A DNA stretch of 64,000 bases from an uncultured Candidatus Saccharibacteria bacterium (GTDB lineage: Bacteria; Patescibacteriota; Doudnabacteria; UBA920; O2-02-FULL-48-8): contig CAZSDS010000001.1 in the NCBI GenBank assembly GCA_964605735.1, forward strand, positions 340,813-404,812, written 5' to 3'. The notes below the pieces were generated by a model. It worked only from the letters and a program-made list of their open reading frames with translations, had not been told where the DNA came from and did no database searches. A program made the position numbers and the translations under genes. Positions 46,389 to 56,385 of the stretch are shown here, piece after piece. Within the stretch, counting starts at the first letter, position 1. Each line of letters opens with the position of its first letter.

Positions 46389-46895
46389 CTAAACTATTTT
46401 CAGCTTTTTGAAAAGTCTGGCTATTAGAACCGCCACGATAACCGCGATCAGGAAACTGCCCAGAATATCGGTTGGATAATGAACCCCAACATAAATACGT
46501 GCCAGGGACCCAACCACTGCCAGGGCAAAAAACGGCCAGAACAGCTTGGTTTTCCAAAAAGCAAAGGCCAAACTGAAATATATAACCGTATGGCCTGAAG
46601 GAAAGGACATCATCAAATCTTCCGGGACCAGGTTCTTTATGTCCATAACTTCGAACGGCCGCGGCCTGGACACCACCCGCTTGATAATCTCAACAATGAT
46701 TAGTCGAGAAAAAACCACGTTCCCTATCGCCAGCAGAACATTCTGCCGGTATCCTTGCACAAACCAAAGCAACAAAACAACCACGCCAAAAACAAACATG
46801 AAATGATCAGCAAAAAACACGCCAATCTGGTCAGCAATGCCGGATTCCCCAGACAAGCCGTGAATCCAGGAAAATATTCGTACGTCTAAATTCAT
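46389..46895 (-). CDS. PAP2-family membrane phosphatase
   Basis: 168 aa; KxxxxxxRP, PSGH and SRxxxxxHxxxD motifs. Confidence 0.8.
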   Translation of the reverse strand: MNLDVRIFSWIHGLSGESGIADQIGVFFADHFMFVFGVVVLLLWFVQGYRQNVLLAIGNVVFSRLIIVEIIKRVVSRPRPFEVMDIKNLVPEDLMMSFPSGHTVIYFSLAFAFWKTKLFWPFFALAVVGSLARIYVGVHYPTDILGSFLIAVIVAVLIARLFKKLKIV

Positions 46896-48118
46896 TGGAT
46901 AGGAAACTTTTTGGTAAATACCTTAACTTCTTCCCGAACAGTTGGTGCCAGCGCCGGGTCCGTGATCACAGCCGTGATCCAGGAAGCAATTTTGCTCATT
47001 TCTTTTTCTTTCATGCCGCGGGTTGTTACCGCCGCAGTTCCGATCCTGATACCGGACGGATCCTGAGGGGTTTGCTTGTCAAACGGAATCATATTTTTGT
47101 TGACCACAATTCCAGACTGCTCCAAAATCTGCTGAGCCGCCTTGCCGCCAATGCCCTTGTTTGTCAGGTCCACTAAAATCAGATGGTTATCAGTGCCGTC
47201 AGAAACCAACCGGAACCCAAAATCCTGCAAAGCATAAGCCAATGCCTTAGAGTTTCTGACGATTTGCTCAGCATACCGTTTAAAACCGGCAGTTGCCGCC
47301 TCTTTCATGGCAACGGCAATGGCCGCGATAGTATGCTCGTGCGGGCCACCCTGCACCCCAGGAAAAACCGCCTTATCAATTTGCGAACCATATTTATCCT
47401 TGCACATGATGATGGCGCCCCGCGGCCCCCGTAGGGTTTTATGGGTTGTGGTGGTGACCACGTCAAAATCAGGAATTGGGCTTTCATGCACCCCGCCAAC
47501 AATCAATCCGGCAATATGCGAAACGTCAGCCATGGCAATTGCCTTAACTTTATCTGCGATTTCCCGGAACTTTCTAAAATCAATTTCCCGCGGGTACGCA
47601 GTATATCCGGTTAGGATCAGTTTTGGCTTGACCTTGTCAGCCATTTTCAAAATTTCCGTGTAATCAAGTCTACCCGTCTTTCTGGAGATCTCGTAATGAA
47701 TAAAATTGTAGATTTTTCCGGAAAAATTCACAGGCGAGCCGTGAGTTAAGTGCCCGCCATGCGCCAGATCAAGCGCCATAATCCTGTCTTTTGGCTCCAA
47801 CAATGCCGCGAACACCGCCATGTTCGCCGGACTGCCTGAGTGCGGCTGAACATTTACGTGCCAGTCCAAAGGCAGTTCAAAAACTTTGCGCACTCGCTCT
47901 ATCGCCAACTCTTCCACCTGATCAATAATTTCATTGCCTGCATAATATCTGCGGCGCGGAAAGCCTTCTGAATACTTGTTGGTAAGCACGGATCCCAAAG
48001 CCTCGCGCACGCTTTTCGACACATAATTCTCTGATGCAATCAATTCCAAAACCTCGGATTGCCTTTTGCGCTCCGAGTTGATCAAACTATTTAATTGCGG
48101 ATCAGAGGTTTTTAACAT
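46892..48118 (-). CDS. glyA: serine hydroxymethyltransferase
   Basis: 408 aa; PLP-lysine region TTTHKTLRGPRG and SHMT N-terminal motifs. Confidence 0.95.
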   Translation of the reverse strand: MLKTSDPQLNSLINSERKRQSEVLELIASENYVSKSVREALGSVLTNKYSEGFPRRRYYAGNEIIDQVEELAIERVRKVFELPLDWHVNVQPHSGSPANMAVFAALLEPKDRIMALDLAHGGHLTHGSPVNFSGKIYNFIHYEISRKTGRLDYTEILKMADKVKPKLILTGYTAYPREIDFRKFREIADKVKAIAMADVSHIAGLIVGGVHESPIPDFDVVTTTTHKTLRGPRGAIIMCKDKYGSQIDKAVFPGVQGGPHEHTIAAIAVAMKEAATAGFKRYAEQIVRNSKALAYALQDFGFRLVSDGTDNHLILVDLTNKGIGGKAAQQILEQSGIVVNKNMIPFDKQTPQDPSGIRIGTAAVTTRGMKEKEMSKIASWITAVITDPALAPTVREEVKVFTKKFPIQ

Positions 48119-49275
48119 TATCGCAAGTTAGTGAAAAGCAAACTAAACAGTCCAGCCAGAACGAATATTGGAACGAAGCTTACGGTAAACTGCAAAACAA
48201 CCAAAATCAGCAACATGGCCATAAGCTTGCCAATAACCAGGTTCTGCTCAAAGAATACCACATAAGGCATGATATGGGTTTCCACTGCCTTATCGTAAGA
48301 GTAAGCGGTAATCGGCACAATTAAGGAATGCTTGCTGATAGTTCCCAGCGTATTGGTAGCGATCACTCCCCGAAGGTTCGCAAAGAACGGCCTGATTACC
48401 CAGAAAACAGCATTAAACACGCCAAATGTCCGGGTTAAAACCGCTTTACTGCGCTTATCTGACAAGACCCCCACATAAAGCATTACAACCGTGGCAACCA
48501 GGGTTGAAATCGATATTATTGTACCAAATTGGAAGAAATCCGGTACGGTCATGAAAATAAAGATCGGCCAGATGACCAGCTGGACAAATTCCTCCCCAAA
48601 CCCCCAATACGCCACCATGCTTTTTGGGTATTGGGCAAACATCTTCCAAGTGTCGGAATATTTATATTCCTTGGGCTCGAATTTTTCAACGGTCGTGAAC
48701 AGCGGGACATTCGAGAACAGCATCAGGATGGTGACAATGACAAACAGCGTCGCAAATCCGAATTCGTTCAAAATATAACCGCCCAAAAACGGACCAACAA
48801 TGAAAATGATTGAGTTCAACGCATATAAGCCGCTGCTTTCCCGTCCGCGTTGTTCTGCGTTCGAGAATCTGGACATGTCCGCATGGAATGCCGGCCAGTA
48901 CAAGGTCTTCTGGATTGCCAAAGCCAAAGGCGCAAGATAAATCAGGTCAGGCACTTCCCTGCTGGCAAACAGCAACCCCCAGTACATGACCATGAATATG
49001 GTGCTGTAAAGAATAGAATGCTCGTACCCGCGCCACGTTGCAATTTTCCCGCCAATCGGCATCAGGAAAAGATAAATCACATACACCGCAACGAAGAACA
49101 AAACAACCTGCTGAATGGTAAAACCCAGCACCGAATACAAAAAAATCGGCTCGAACAACATTACGGCTGTGGTGGCCAGATCTGAAAAGGCTTTCGCCCA
49201 ATACATTTCCTTTATTTCCCGGCTAAGCTGATGGGATAAATAACCTGGATGTATGTATCTGCTGATTTGAAACAT
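48118..49275 (-). CDS. MFS-type membrane transporter (12 TM)
   Basis: 385 aa polytopic protein with two 6-TM halves. Confidence 0.6.
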   Translation of the reverse strand: MFQISRYIHPGYLSHQLSREIKEMYWAKAFSDLATTAVMLFEPIFLYSVLGFTIQQVVLFFVAVYVIYLFLMPIGGKIATWRGYEHSILYSTIFMVMYWGLLFASREVPDLIYLAPLALAIQKTLYWPAFHADMSRFSNAEQRGRESSGLYALNSIIFIVGPFLGGYILNEFGFATLFVIVTILMLFSNVPLFTTVEKFEPKEYKYSDTWKMFAQYPKSMVAYWGFGEEFVQLVIWPIFIFMTVPDFFQFGTIISISTLVATVVMLYVGVLSDKRSKAVLTRTFGVFNAVFWVIRPFFANLRGVIATNTLGTISKHSLIVPITAYSYDKAVETHIMPYVVFFEQNLVIGKLMAMLLILVVLQFTVSFVPIFVLAGLFSLLFTNLR

Positions 49276-49294
49276 TTGTTTTATTTGTCCTTCT

Positions 49295-49909
49295 CTACAA
49301 CTTTTTTATTGCTTTTTGTATCCTGGAAAATTTGACAACTCCTTCTCTTATAAGTGTAACATTTTGTCCGTCAATCTGCAGTAAGGTGGAAATTGAATTT
49401 TTCTTAAGCCTGCCGCCATCAAGATAATAGTCCGGCACTGCTTTCTTCCCATGATACTGTGTTTTTACTTCATTCAGCGTATAAGCCGTTGGTTGGCCGC
49501 TGAGGTTGGCTGATGTTGTAGTTATTGGTTTGCCAAACTTTTTGACCAACTGCTGGGTGATGACACTGGCAGGGTTTCTGATGCCAATAGTCCCCGTGCG
49601 TCCGGAAAGCATGACCCAGTTTTTTGCTTTTGACCTGAGAGGAAGAACAAACGAAACTGCTCCGGGCCAAAATGTCTTCATTAATTTTTTTGCATACGGA
49701 CTGATTCTCAGGACTTTTTGCGCTTTTTCAATGGAAGGAAAAATTACTTGGATTGGTTTTTTAAAACTTCTGCCTTTCAACGCGTATAGTTTTTTAATTG
49801 CGGCCAAGTTGGTTGCGTCCACTGCAAATCCGTACGCTGTGTCAGTTGGATAAACAACCAATCCCCCTTGTTTGAGAATTTTCACCGCTTCCTGGATATC
49901 CTTATGCAT
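49295..49909 (-). CDS. tsaC: L-threonylcarbamoyladenylate synthase (YrdC/Sua5 family)
   Basis: 204 aa; YrdC fold (VVYPTDTAYG, TSAN motifs). Confidence 0.85.
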   Translation of the reverse strand: MHKDIQEAVKILKQGGLVVYPTDTAYGFAVDATNLAAIKKLYALKGRSFKKPIQVIFPSIEKAQKVLRISPYAKKLMKTFWPGAVSFVLPLRSKAKNWVMLSGRTGTIGIRNPASVITQQLVKKFGKPITTTSANLSGQPTAYTLNEVKTQYHGKKAVPDYYLDGGRLKKNSISTLLQIDGQNVTLIREGVVKFSRIQKAIKKL

Positions 49910-50603
49910 GCTGGGCCAATGCCTCCTCTGCCCGCTTAATGTCCTCCGGATAGCCTATTGGCAGCCAGAATCCGGCTTCAACTGTTTTAACCTTGTATTT
50001 GTCAACCATCTGGAACATGGTTTGCGGCAACCCATACTCCCCGTTTTTCAGCTGAACCAAATCATAACCAAAAAATTCCTGATTCAGTTTATACGCGCCC
50101 ATCAGAACAAAGAACGGCGCAGTAAAATCTTCTGAGACAGAAGGAAGAAGTGAAACAAAGTTTCCGTCTGTGTCAGTAATAATTTTCCCAAAGCGCCGGA
50201 AATTTTGCGGAAAATCCTTTTCCCTGCTCACATCCTTAACAAGAAAAGCCGGCGCATTGCTCTTAGCCAATTTCTCCAAATCCTCTTTCTTGTACAAGTC
50301 ATCCCCGTTGACCACCAAAAAATCGCCTTTGATCACATCCTTGCACACTGAAACAGCCCAACCAGAACCTTTCAGCTCGCTCTCCACAAAAGTAATTTTT
50401 TTGCTGGAATTTTTCAGCGCTTCTTTGATTTGCTCGCCAAAATGCCCGATTACAACAACCACTTCCTGAACCTCATCAGGAAGCTGGCTGATTGTCCTTT
50501 CCAAAATTGATCGCCCGGAAACTTTCAGAAGCGGCTTGGGTGTATTTTCGGTCAACGGAAGCATTCTTACTCCGCGGCCTGCCGCCAAGATGATTGCCTG
50601 CAT
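49902..50603 (-). CDS. sugar-phosphate nucleotidyltransferase (NTP_transferase family)
   Basis: LAAGRGVRMLPLT...KPLL signature of glucose-1-P nucleotidylyltransferase-like enzymes. Confidence 0.8.
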   Translation of the reverse strand: MQAIILAAGRGVRMLPLTENTPKPLLKVSGRSILERTISQLPDEVQEVVVVIGHFGEQIKEALKNSSKKITFVESELKGSGWAVSVCKDVIKGDFLVVNGDDLYKKEDLEKLAKSNAPAFLVKDVSREKDFPQNFRRFGKIITDTDGNFVSLLPSVSEDFTAPFFVLMGAYKLNQEFFGYDLVQLKNGEYGLPQTMFQMVDKYKVKTVEAGFWLPIGYPEDIKRAEEALAQHA

Positions 50604-50615
50604 TATGCTCTTGCC

Positions 50616-52997
50616 TTACTCCTTTATTACAAAATTCATTAATCTGTCCGGAACAAAAATTTCTTTCACGATTTCTTTTCCGCCTATGGCCGAAGCAACC
50701 CCCTGGTCTGCCAAAGCTTTGGCTTTGACTTCCTCCTGGGCAGTGCCGGCTTTGACGGTTACGGTTGCGCGCAATTTGCCCATGACTTGAATCGCGACCA
50801 CCACCTCTGTTTCTGCGATTTGTGACTCATCGTACTTTGGCCAGAACTCCCTGTGGATGCTGGTGTAGTGTCCCAAACCGTTCCATATCTCCTCCGTCAA
50901 ATGCGGAGCAAACGGCGCCATCAATTTCAATAAGGTTTCGAAATCACTCTTGTTCAAGCGAGGGTTATTGTTCAAAAATTCCATGAACGCCGCCACGGCA
51001 GTGTTGTACTTGAAGGCGTTCAAATCATCCGTGATTTTTTTGATCAGTTTATGGATGGCTGGTTTTGGTGATTCATCATCCGTGGGCTTCATCACGCTGA
51101 TCTTATCCAAGAAACGCCGCACGCCGATAACCCCTTTTTCGTTCCAGGAAACAGTTTCGCTGTGCGGACCCAAAAACATTTCGTACATGCGCACCGTGTC
51201 CGCCCCGTATGATTCGACAAAATCATCCGGGTTGACCACGTTGCCGCGGCTCTTGCTCATTTTTTCGCCGTCAGCGGCCAAAACCATTCCGTGCGGAATT
51301 CGGCGCAGGTAGGGCTCTTTATACGGGATAACACCCTGGTCATACAAGAACAAGTTCCAGAACCTGGAGTACAGCAAATGCAAGGTTGTGTGTTCCATGC
51401 CGCCGAAATAAACATCAACTGGCTGCCAGTATTTCAACTTTTCCTGGGAAGCCAGCTCTGAATTATTATGCGGATCCGAGTACCTTAAATAGTACCAGGA
51501 GCTTCCCGCCCATTGCGGCATAGTGTTAGTTTCGCGTTTAGCCGGGCCTTGGCATTGCGGACATGTGGTGTTGACCCAGGATTCAACAGAAGCCAGAGGC
51601 GATTCGCCCGTGCCTGTTGGCTCGTATTTTTCAATGTCAGGCAGCTTAACGGGCAATTGCTCTTCCGGCACAGCCACCACGCCGCACTTTTCGCAGTGGA
51701 CCAAAGGAATCGGCTCACCCCAGTAGCGCTGGCGGGAAAACACCCAGTCTCGCAATTTAAACTGAATCTTAGGCTGGCCAAAATCCGCGGTCATGTGCTT
51801 GCGCGCTTCCTGCGTGGACATGAAATTATACTCGCCGGAATTTATCAGTGTACCTTCTCCGGTCCACAATTCATTATTTTCTTCTGAATTTTTTGCCGGG
51901 CCTCCTGAAACAGCCGGAGCAACAACTTTCCTGATCTTCAGATTATATTTCTTGGCGAATGCATAGTCGCGCTCATCATGCGCCGGCACAGCCATAACCG
52001 CTCCTGTACCATAACCGGACAAAACATAATCAGCCACCCAAACCGGAATTTCTTCTTCCGTGGCAGGATTGATCACATACGCGCCGGTAAAGACGCCTGT
52101 TTTTTCCTTATCCAAAGCAGTTCGTTCCAACTCAGTTTTTGCTGAAGCCTGTTTGGCGTAATCCTCAACTGCCTGCTTTTGCTCAGGCGTGGTGATTTTC
52201 TCCACCAACGGATGATCAGGAGCAATCACCATGTAAGTTGCCCCAAACAGCGTGTCCGGCCGAGTCGTGAAAACTTCAACATGTTCACCACCGCTTGCCA
52301 ACAAAAACTTTATCAGCGCGCCCTCAGAGCGCCCGATCCAATTTGCCTGCTGAACCTTCACTGGCTCCGGCCAGTCTAAATCCTTCAAACCGTCCAGCAA
52401 CTTCTGGGCATAGTCAGTGATTTTCAAATACCACTGGCGCATTTCCCGTTTTTCAACCTGAGTTCCGCATCTTTCGCATCTGCCGTCTATGACTTCTTCG
52501 TTGGCCAATCCGGTTTTGTCCTTTGGGCACCAGTTGATGGAACCGGTTGCCTCATAAGCCAAACCTGCTTTGAAAAATTTCAGAAAAATCCATTGGGTCC
52601 ATTTGTAATATTCCGGATAAGTGGTGTTTATTTCCCTTTTCCAATCGAAACCAATTCCCCAACTTTGGATTTGCCTCTTAGTGTTGGCGATATTCTGCGC
52701 AGTGGAGACTTTTGGGTGGATGCCGGTCTTGATGGCATAATTTTCCGCAGGCAAGCCAAAAGCGTCCCAGCCAATCGGATACATTGTTTCAAAATTCTGC
52801 ATGCGCAAAAACCGGCTATAAACGTCACCGGCAACGTACGGACGCAAATGACCCATATGCAAACCAGCCCCTGACGGATATGGAAATTCAATCAACACGA
52901 ATTTCTTCGGTTTAATCAAATCATCAGAGGTGGAATATGTGTGGTTTTCCATCCAATATTTCTGCCATTTGGCTTCAATTGATTTGTGGTCGTACAT
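50616..52997 (-). CDS. leuS: leucyl-tRNA synthetase
   Basis: 793 aa class I aaRS; HMGH and KMSKS motifs; editing domain. Confidence 0.95.
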   Translation of the reverse strand: MYDHKSIEAKWQKYWMENHTYSTSDDLIKPKKFVLIEFPYPSGAGLHMGHLRPYVAGDVYSRFLRMQNFETMYPIGWDAFGLPAENYAIKTGIHPKVSTAQNIANTKRQIQSWGIGFDWKREINTTYPEYYKWTQWIFLKFFKAGLAYEATGSINWCPKDKTGLANEEVIDGRCERCGTQVEKREMRQWYLKITDYAQKLLDGLKDLDWPEPVKVQQANWIGRSEGALIKFLLASGGEHVEVFTTRPDTLFGATYMVIAPDHPLVEKITTPEQKQAVEDYAKQASAKTELERTALDKEKTGVFTGAYVINPATEEEIPVWVADYVLSGYGTGAVMAVPAHDERDYAFAKKYNLKIRKVVAPAVSGGPAKNSEENNELWTGEGTLINSGEYNFMSTQEARKHMTADFGQPKIQFKLRDWVFSRQRYWGEPIPLVHCEKCGVVAVPEEQLPVKLPDIEKYEPTGTGESPLASVESWVNTTCPQCQGPAKRETNTMPQWAGSSWYYLRYSDPHNNSELASQEKLKYWQPVDVYFGGMEHTTLHLLYSRFWNLFLYDQGVIPYKEPYLRRIPHGMVLAADGEKMSKSRGNVVNPDDFVESYGADTVRMYEMFLGPHSETVSWNEKGVIGVRRFLDKISVMKPTDDESPKPAIHKLIKKITDDLNAFKYNTAVAAFMEFLNNNPRLNKSDFETLLKLMAPFAPHLTEEIWNGLGHYTSIHREFWPKYDESQIAETEVVVAIQVMGKLRATVTVKAGTAQEEVKAKALADQGVASAIGGKEIVKEIFVPDRLMNFVIKE

Positions 52998-53087
52998 GGG
53001 TTTTTGGTTAAATTAGCTTAAATTATTGGTCAGGTTGCAAAAAATCGAGAATTGCTTAAAATAGTTATACAAAACAAAGGGGGTCTT

Positions 53088-53525
53088 ATGGTCGCCCGGC
53101 TTAAGTCGTCTGATCCGGTTGGAATGTTCAAGATCAAGGCACGAGACCTTTTACATCACGTGATGCTTACCCACCGCCAGTTCTGGACCAAGCTGGATCC
53201 GCTCTGTGACGCAAAAACCATCCCTATCCCCATCATCGTAGTGGGTGAAGACGAACCTTTCAAAAAAGAACTGGAGAAGACCAATCCGGCTGGCGCACCC
53301 ATTGCCTTGGCCATCCTGCAGGTGATGATGCTCAGCCCAAAATGGCAAAAAGTGGCGGAAGCCCGCGAGCAAACCAGCCAAAGCGTTAATTTCGCAGTGG
53401 CGATCAAGAACATCCCGCGGCCAATTTATGCCAGGCCTAAGCCTGGTGAGAAAAAAACCTACACGTTCACGCCCGAAGATGAACGATTCTTGCGTGAGAT
53501 TTCACAAGGCCAACAAGTCAGATAA
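53088..53525 (+). CDS. hypothetical protein
   Basis: SD AAAGGGGG 5 nt before ATG 53088; 145 aa; no recognisable family. Confidence 0.5.
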   Translation: MVARLKSSDPVGMFKIKARDLLHHVMLTHRQFWTKLDPLCDAKTIPIPIIVVGEDEPFKKELEKTNPAGAPIALAILQVMMLSPKWQKVAEAREQTSQSVNFAVAIKNIPRPIYARPKPGEKKTYTFTPEDERFLREISQGQQVR

Positions 53526-53541
53526 TTTTGTCTGGCTTTTT

Positions 53542-54348
53542 TTATTTAACCCCGTAAGCAACCAGTGCATTTTCAAAGGTCAATTTGGCCATTTCGTGCG
53601 GGTCCACTCCCCGGTGCTGGGCCATCGCATCAACAATATACTTTACGTAGACAGGTTCATTTCTCTTGCCTCTGTAAGGCGGTGGAGCCAGGTACGGCGC
53701 GTCAGTCTCTGAAAGTATTCTATCAGACGGAAGATTTCTGCACACTTCCCTGAGCTTGCCAGTTTTATCAAACATCAATATCCCATTAAGCGCTACATGA
53801 AACCCCAGGTCAAGGAATTTTTTTGCGGTTTCCCAATCGCCGGTATATGAGTGGATGATGCCGCGGCTTTGGTACTCGGTCCTGAGGATTTCAAGGCAGT
53901 CCTGGTACGCGTCCCGGCAATGGATGACAACCGGCAAGCTGTGTTTTTTGGCAAAGCGCAGTTGTGCTACAAACGCCTGTTTCTGCAATTCTTTTGCTTT
54001 TGCATCATCAGCGGGAACTCGGAAATAATCAAGTCCGATTTCCCCCACTGCCACCACTTTCTCATTCAGAAGGGCTTCATACCGGCTTTCGTCAAAACCC
54101 TGCATTTCGTTAACCTTTCCTTCATCCGGATCATCCACCACCTGCCAGGTGTGGCTTGGGTGCAAGCCGACTGTGGCGTAAACGCCTTCCTTGTATCTGA
54201 GGGCCAGTTCCGCCGCGCTTTGGGAAGTAGCCAGCGACGTCCCGACGTTCGTCATCCAAACCCCGCTGTCCAGCGCCCGTTTCACCACCTCCCCGCTTTC
54301 TTCACCGTATGCGGCAAAATTTGTATGTGCGTGTGTGTCAAAGTACAT
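53542..54348 (-). CDS. tatD: TatD-family metal-dependent hydrolase
   Basis: MYFDTHAHTNF start and conserved H/E/D metal ligands of TatD. Confidence 0.9.
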   Translation of the reverse strand: MYFDTHAHTNFAAYGEESGEVVKRALDSGVWMTNVGTSLATSQSAAELALRYKEGVYATVGLHPSHTWQVVDDPDEGKVNEMQGFDESRYEALLNEKVVAVGEIGLDYFRVPADDAKAKELQKQAFVAQLRFAKKHSLPVVIHCRDAYQDCLEILRTEYQSRGIIHSYTGDWETAKKFLDLGFHVALNGILMFDKTGKLREVCRNLPSDRILSETDAPYLAPPPYRGKRNEPVYVKYIVDAMAQHRGVDPHEMAKLTFENALVAYGVK

Positions 54349-54380
54349 TTTTTGTCTAAGGCTAAATCAATTATTCAAGG

Positions 54381-55841
54381 CTAATCAATTTTTGCGAACA
54401 ACGGTTCAGCTTTCACGATCTTTTCCGCTTCCAGCGCGCTCCTGATTTTGTTGGCAGTATCCGGCATAACAGGCGCGAGCTTGGCGGAAATGTCATAAAG
54501 GAGCGCACAAAGATTGACAAGCAATTCTTTTACTTTATCAGGATCTGTCTTGTAAAGCTCCCACGGCTTGCTCTTGTCTATCAACTGGTTAGCCCAGGCA
54601 ATTTCTTCCCAAATCTTTACCAAGCCTTCAGAAAAATTGGCTTTGGCGATGGCCTCAGACGCCGGGGACAAATCGCGGGGCGATTCAGGGTACTCACCAA
54701 CGTCGCCATCCAGATACTTTTCAACCATATTGGTGGTGCGGGAGAAAAGGTTACCCAAGCCGTTGGCCAGATCGCCGTTGTATCTGGCTTTAAGCTTTTC
54801 CTCGCTGACGTCGCCGTCATGACCAAAAGGAACTTCGCGCAGCAGGAAATAACGGACAGCATCCGTTCCGTATTTATCCGCCCACTCAACCGGATCTATG
54901 ACATTGCCCAAACTCTTTGACATCTTTTGTCCGGCAATCGTAAAGAAGCCATGCACAAAAATGGTTTTTTGTAACGGGATTCCCAAAGACAAAAGCATTG
55001 CCGGCCAGATGGTGGCATGCACGCGCAAAATGTCTTTGCTCATAAGTTGGATGTCTGCCGGCCAATACTTTGGAAGTTCATCATCCGGACCTGCCCAACC
55101 TAGTCCGGTCAGATAGTTCAGGAACGCGTCTGCCCAGACATAAGTGGTGTGGGATTTGTCCCAGGGCAATGGGATTCCCCATTTTACGTTCTTTCTGGAA
55201 AATGAAACGTCTTCCAATCCTTCTTTTTTATAAAAGCTGACGATTTCATTCTTTCTTTCAATCGGCAAAATCTGCAGTTCGTCACTTTCAATTTTCTTAA
55301 GCAATTCATCCTGGTACTTGGACAAACGGAAAGCATAGGTTTCTTCCGAAAGCCACTCAGGCTCAACTTTATGGTCAGGGCACTTGCCGTCCACTAAATC
55401 CTTTTCCTTCTTAAACTGCTCACAGCCGCGGCAATACCAGCCTTCATACGCGCTTAAATAAATATCGCCGTTGTCATACATCTTCTGCAAAGCGGCGGAG
55501 ACAGCTTTTATGTGTTCCGGGTTTGTCGTCCGTATAAACTTATCATTGCTGACATCCAACTTCTCCCAAGCCTTTACGAATTTTTCAGAAATTTCATCCA
55601 CAAATTCTTTGGGCTGTTTGCCGTTTTTTTCCGCGGCCTGTTCAATCTTTACGCCGTGCTCATCCGTTCCCACCAGAAAAAAAGTATCATTTCCGATTTG
55701 TCTGTTAAGGCGCGCCAAAACATCCGCGGCAATTGTCGTGTACGCGTGGCCGATGTGCGGCTTGTCGTTCACATAATAAATTGGCGTGGTTACGTAAAAT
55801 TTCTTCTTTTCTTGTTCTGTCTTTTCTGCTTTGTCTGCCAT
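54381..55841 (-). CDS. metG: methionyl-tRNA synthetase
   Basis: Starts MADKAEK (ATG 55839-55841 verified); HIGH (PHIGHAYT), KMSKS and Zn knuckle (CRGC...C..H) motifs. Confidence 0.93.
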   Translation of the reverse strand: MADKAEKTEQEKKKFYVTTPIYYVNDKPHIGHAYTTIAADVLARLNRQIGNDTFFLVGTDEHGVKIEQAAEKNGKQPKEFVDEISEKFVKAWEKLDVSNDKFIRTTNPEHIKAVSAALQKMYDNGDIYLSAYEGWYCRGCEQFKKEKDLVDGKCPDHKVEPEWLSEETYAFRLSKYQDELLKKIESDELQILPIERKNEIVSFYKKEGLEDVSFSRKNVKWGIPLPWDKSHTTYVWADAFLNYLTGLGWAGPDDELPKYWPADIQLMSKDILRVHATIWPAMLLSLGIPLQKTIFVHGFFTIAGQKMSKSLGNVIDPVEWADKYGTDAVRYFLLREVPFGHDGDVSEEKLKARYNGDLANGLGNLFSRTTNMVEKYLDGDVGEYPESPRDLSPASEAIAKANFSEGLVKIWEEIAWANQLIDKSKPWELYKTDPDKVKELLVNLCALLYDISAKLAPVMPDTANKIRSALEAEKIVKAEPLFAKID

Positions 55842-55996
55842 AAAAATCCTTGCGAAAATGATAAAAAAAGGCCGCTTAGGCCTCTTCATTATACCACAAC
55901 TGCATAAAATTTGCATTACAAAAATCTGGTATTTGCTCGCGTCTAAAAGTCCTTGTATACTGGATGCATACGCGGCGCATCCTGTGGAGGTCAGTC

Positions 55997-56329
55997 ATGC
56001 AAAACACCCGAACTGAAACGGCAACCCTTCCGGTCAGAGATGAAGCAGAGTTCAGTCCGTTTCAGACGGTTAAGCGGCCACTCTCCGCGCAAGTGGACGA
56101 GACAAATTTCATAAAAACGATGGAGGAATTATTCGGGCCCCATCACCCTATCGCATTCCTGGGGTGTGAAAGAACAGCTGAGTTCTATATTGTCCAATAC
56201 GCCGTATTGCTGGATCCTGGCGAGGATCCTTACAAGCGGCTGGTGCATACGGACATCAACTGGCAAATTCTGACCCATTTCTGGGTTCTGGATAAAAAAG
56301 TCAGGCGCTGCTTCCCGGATGTGCGCTAA
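55997..56329 (+). CDS. hypothetical protein
   Basis: GGAGG 6 nt before ATG 55997; 110 aa; bidirectional terminator follows. Confidence 0.5.
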   Translation: MQNTRTETATLPVRDEAEFSPFQTVKRPLSAQVDETNFIKTMEELFGPHHPIAFLGCERTAEFYIVQYAVLLDPGEDPYKRLVHTDINWQILTHFWVLDKKVRRCFPDVR

Positions 56330-56336
56330 TGAAACA

Positions 56337-56375
56337 AAAAAGACCCTCCAAAAAATCGGGGGGTCGTTTTTATTT
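56337..56375. terminator. bidirectional rho-independent terminator
   Basis: gaccctcc...ggggggtc stem flanked by A6 and T5. Confidence 0.65.
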
Positions 56376-56385
56376 GTTGTTGTAA

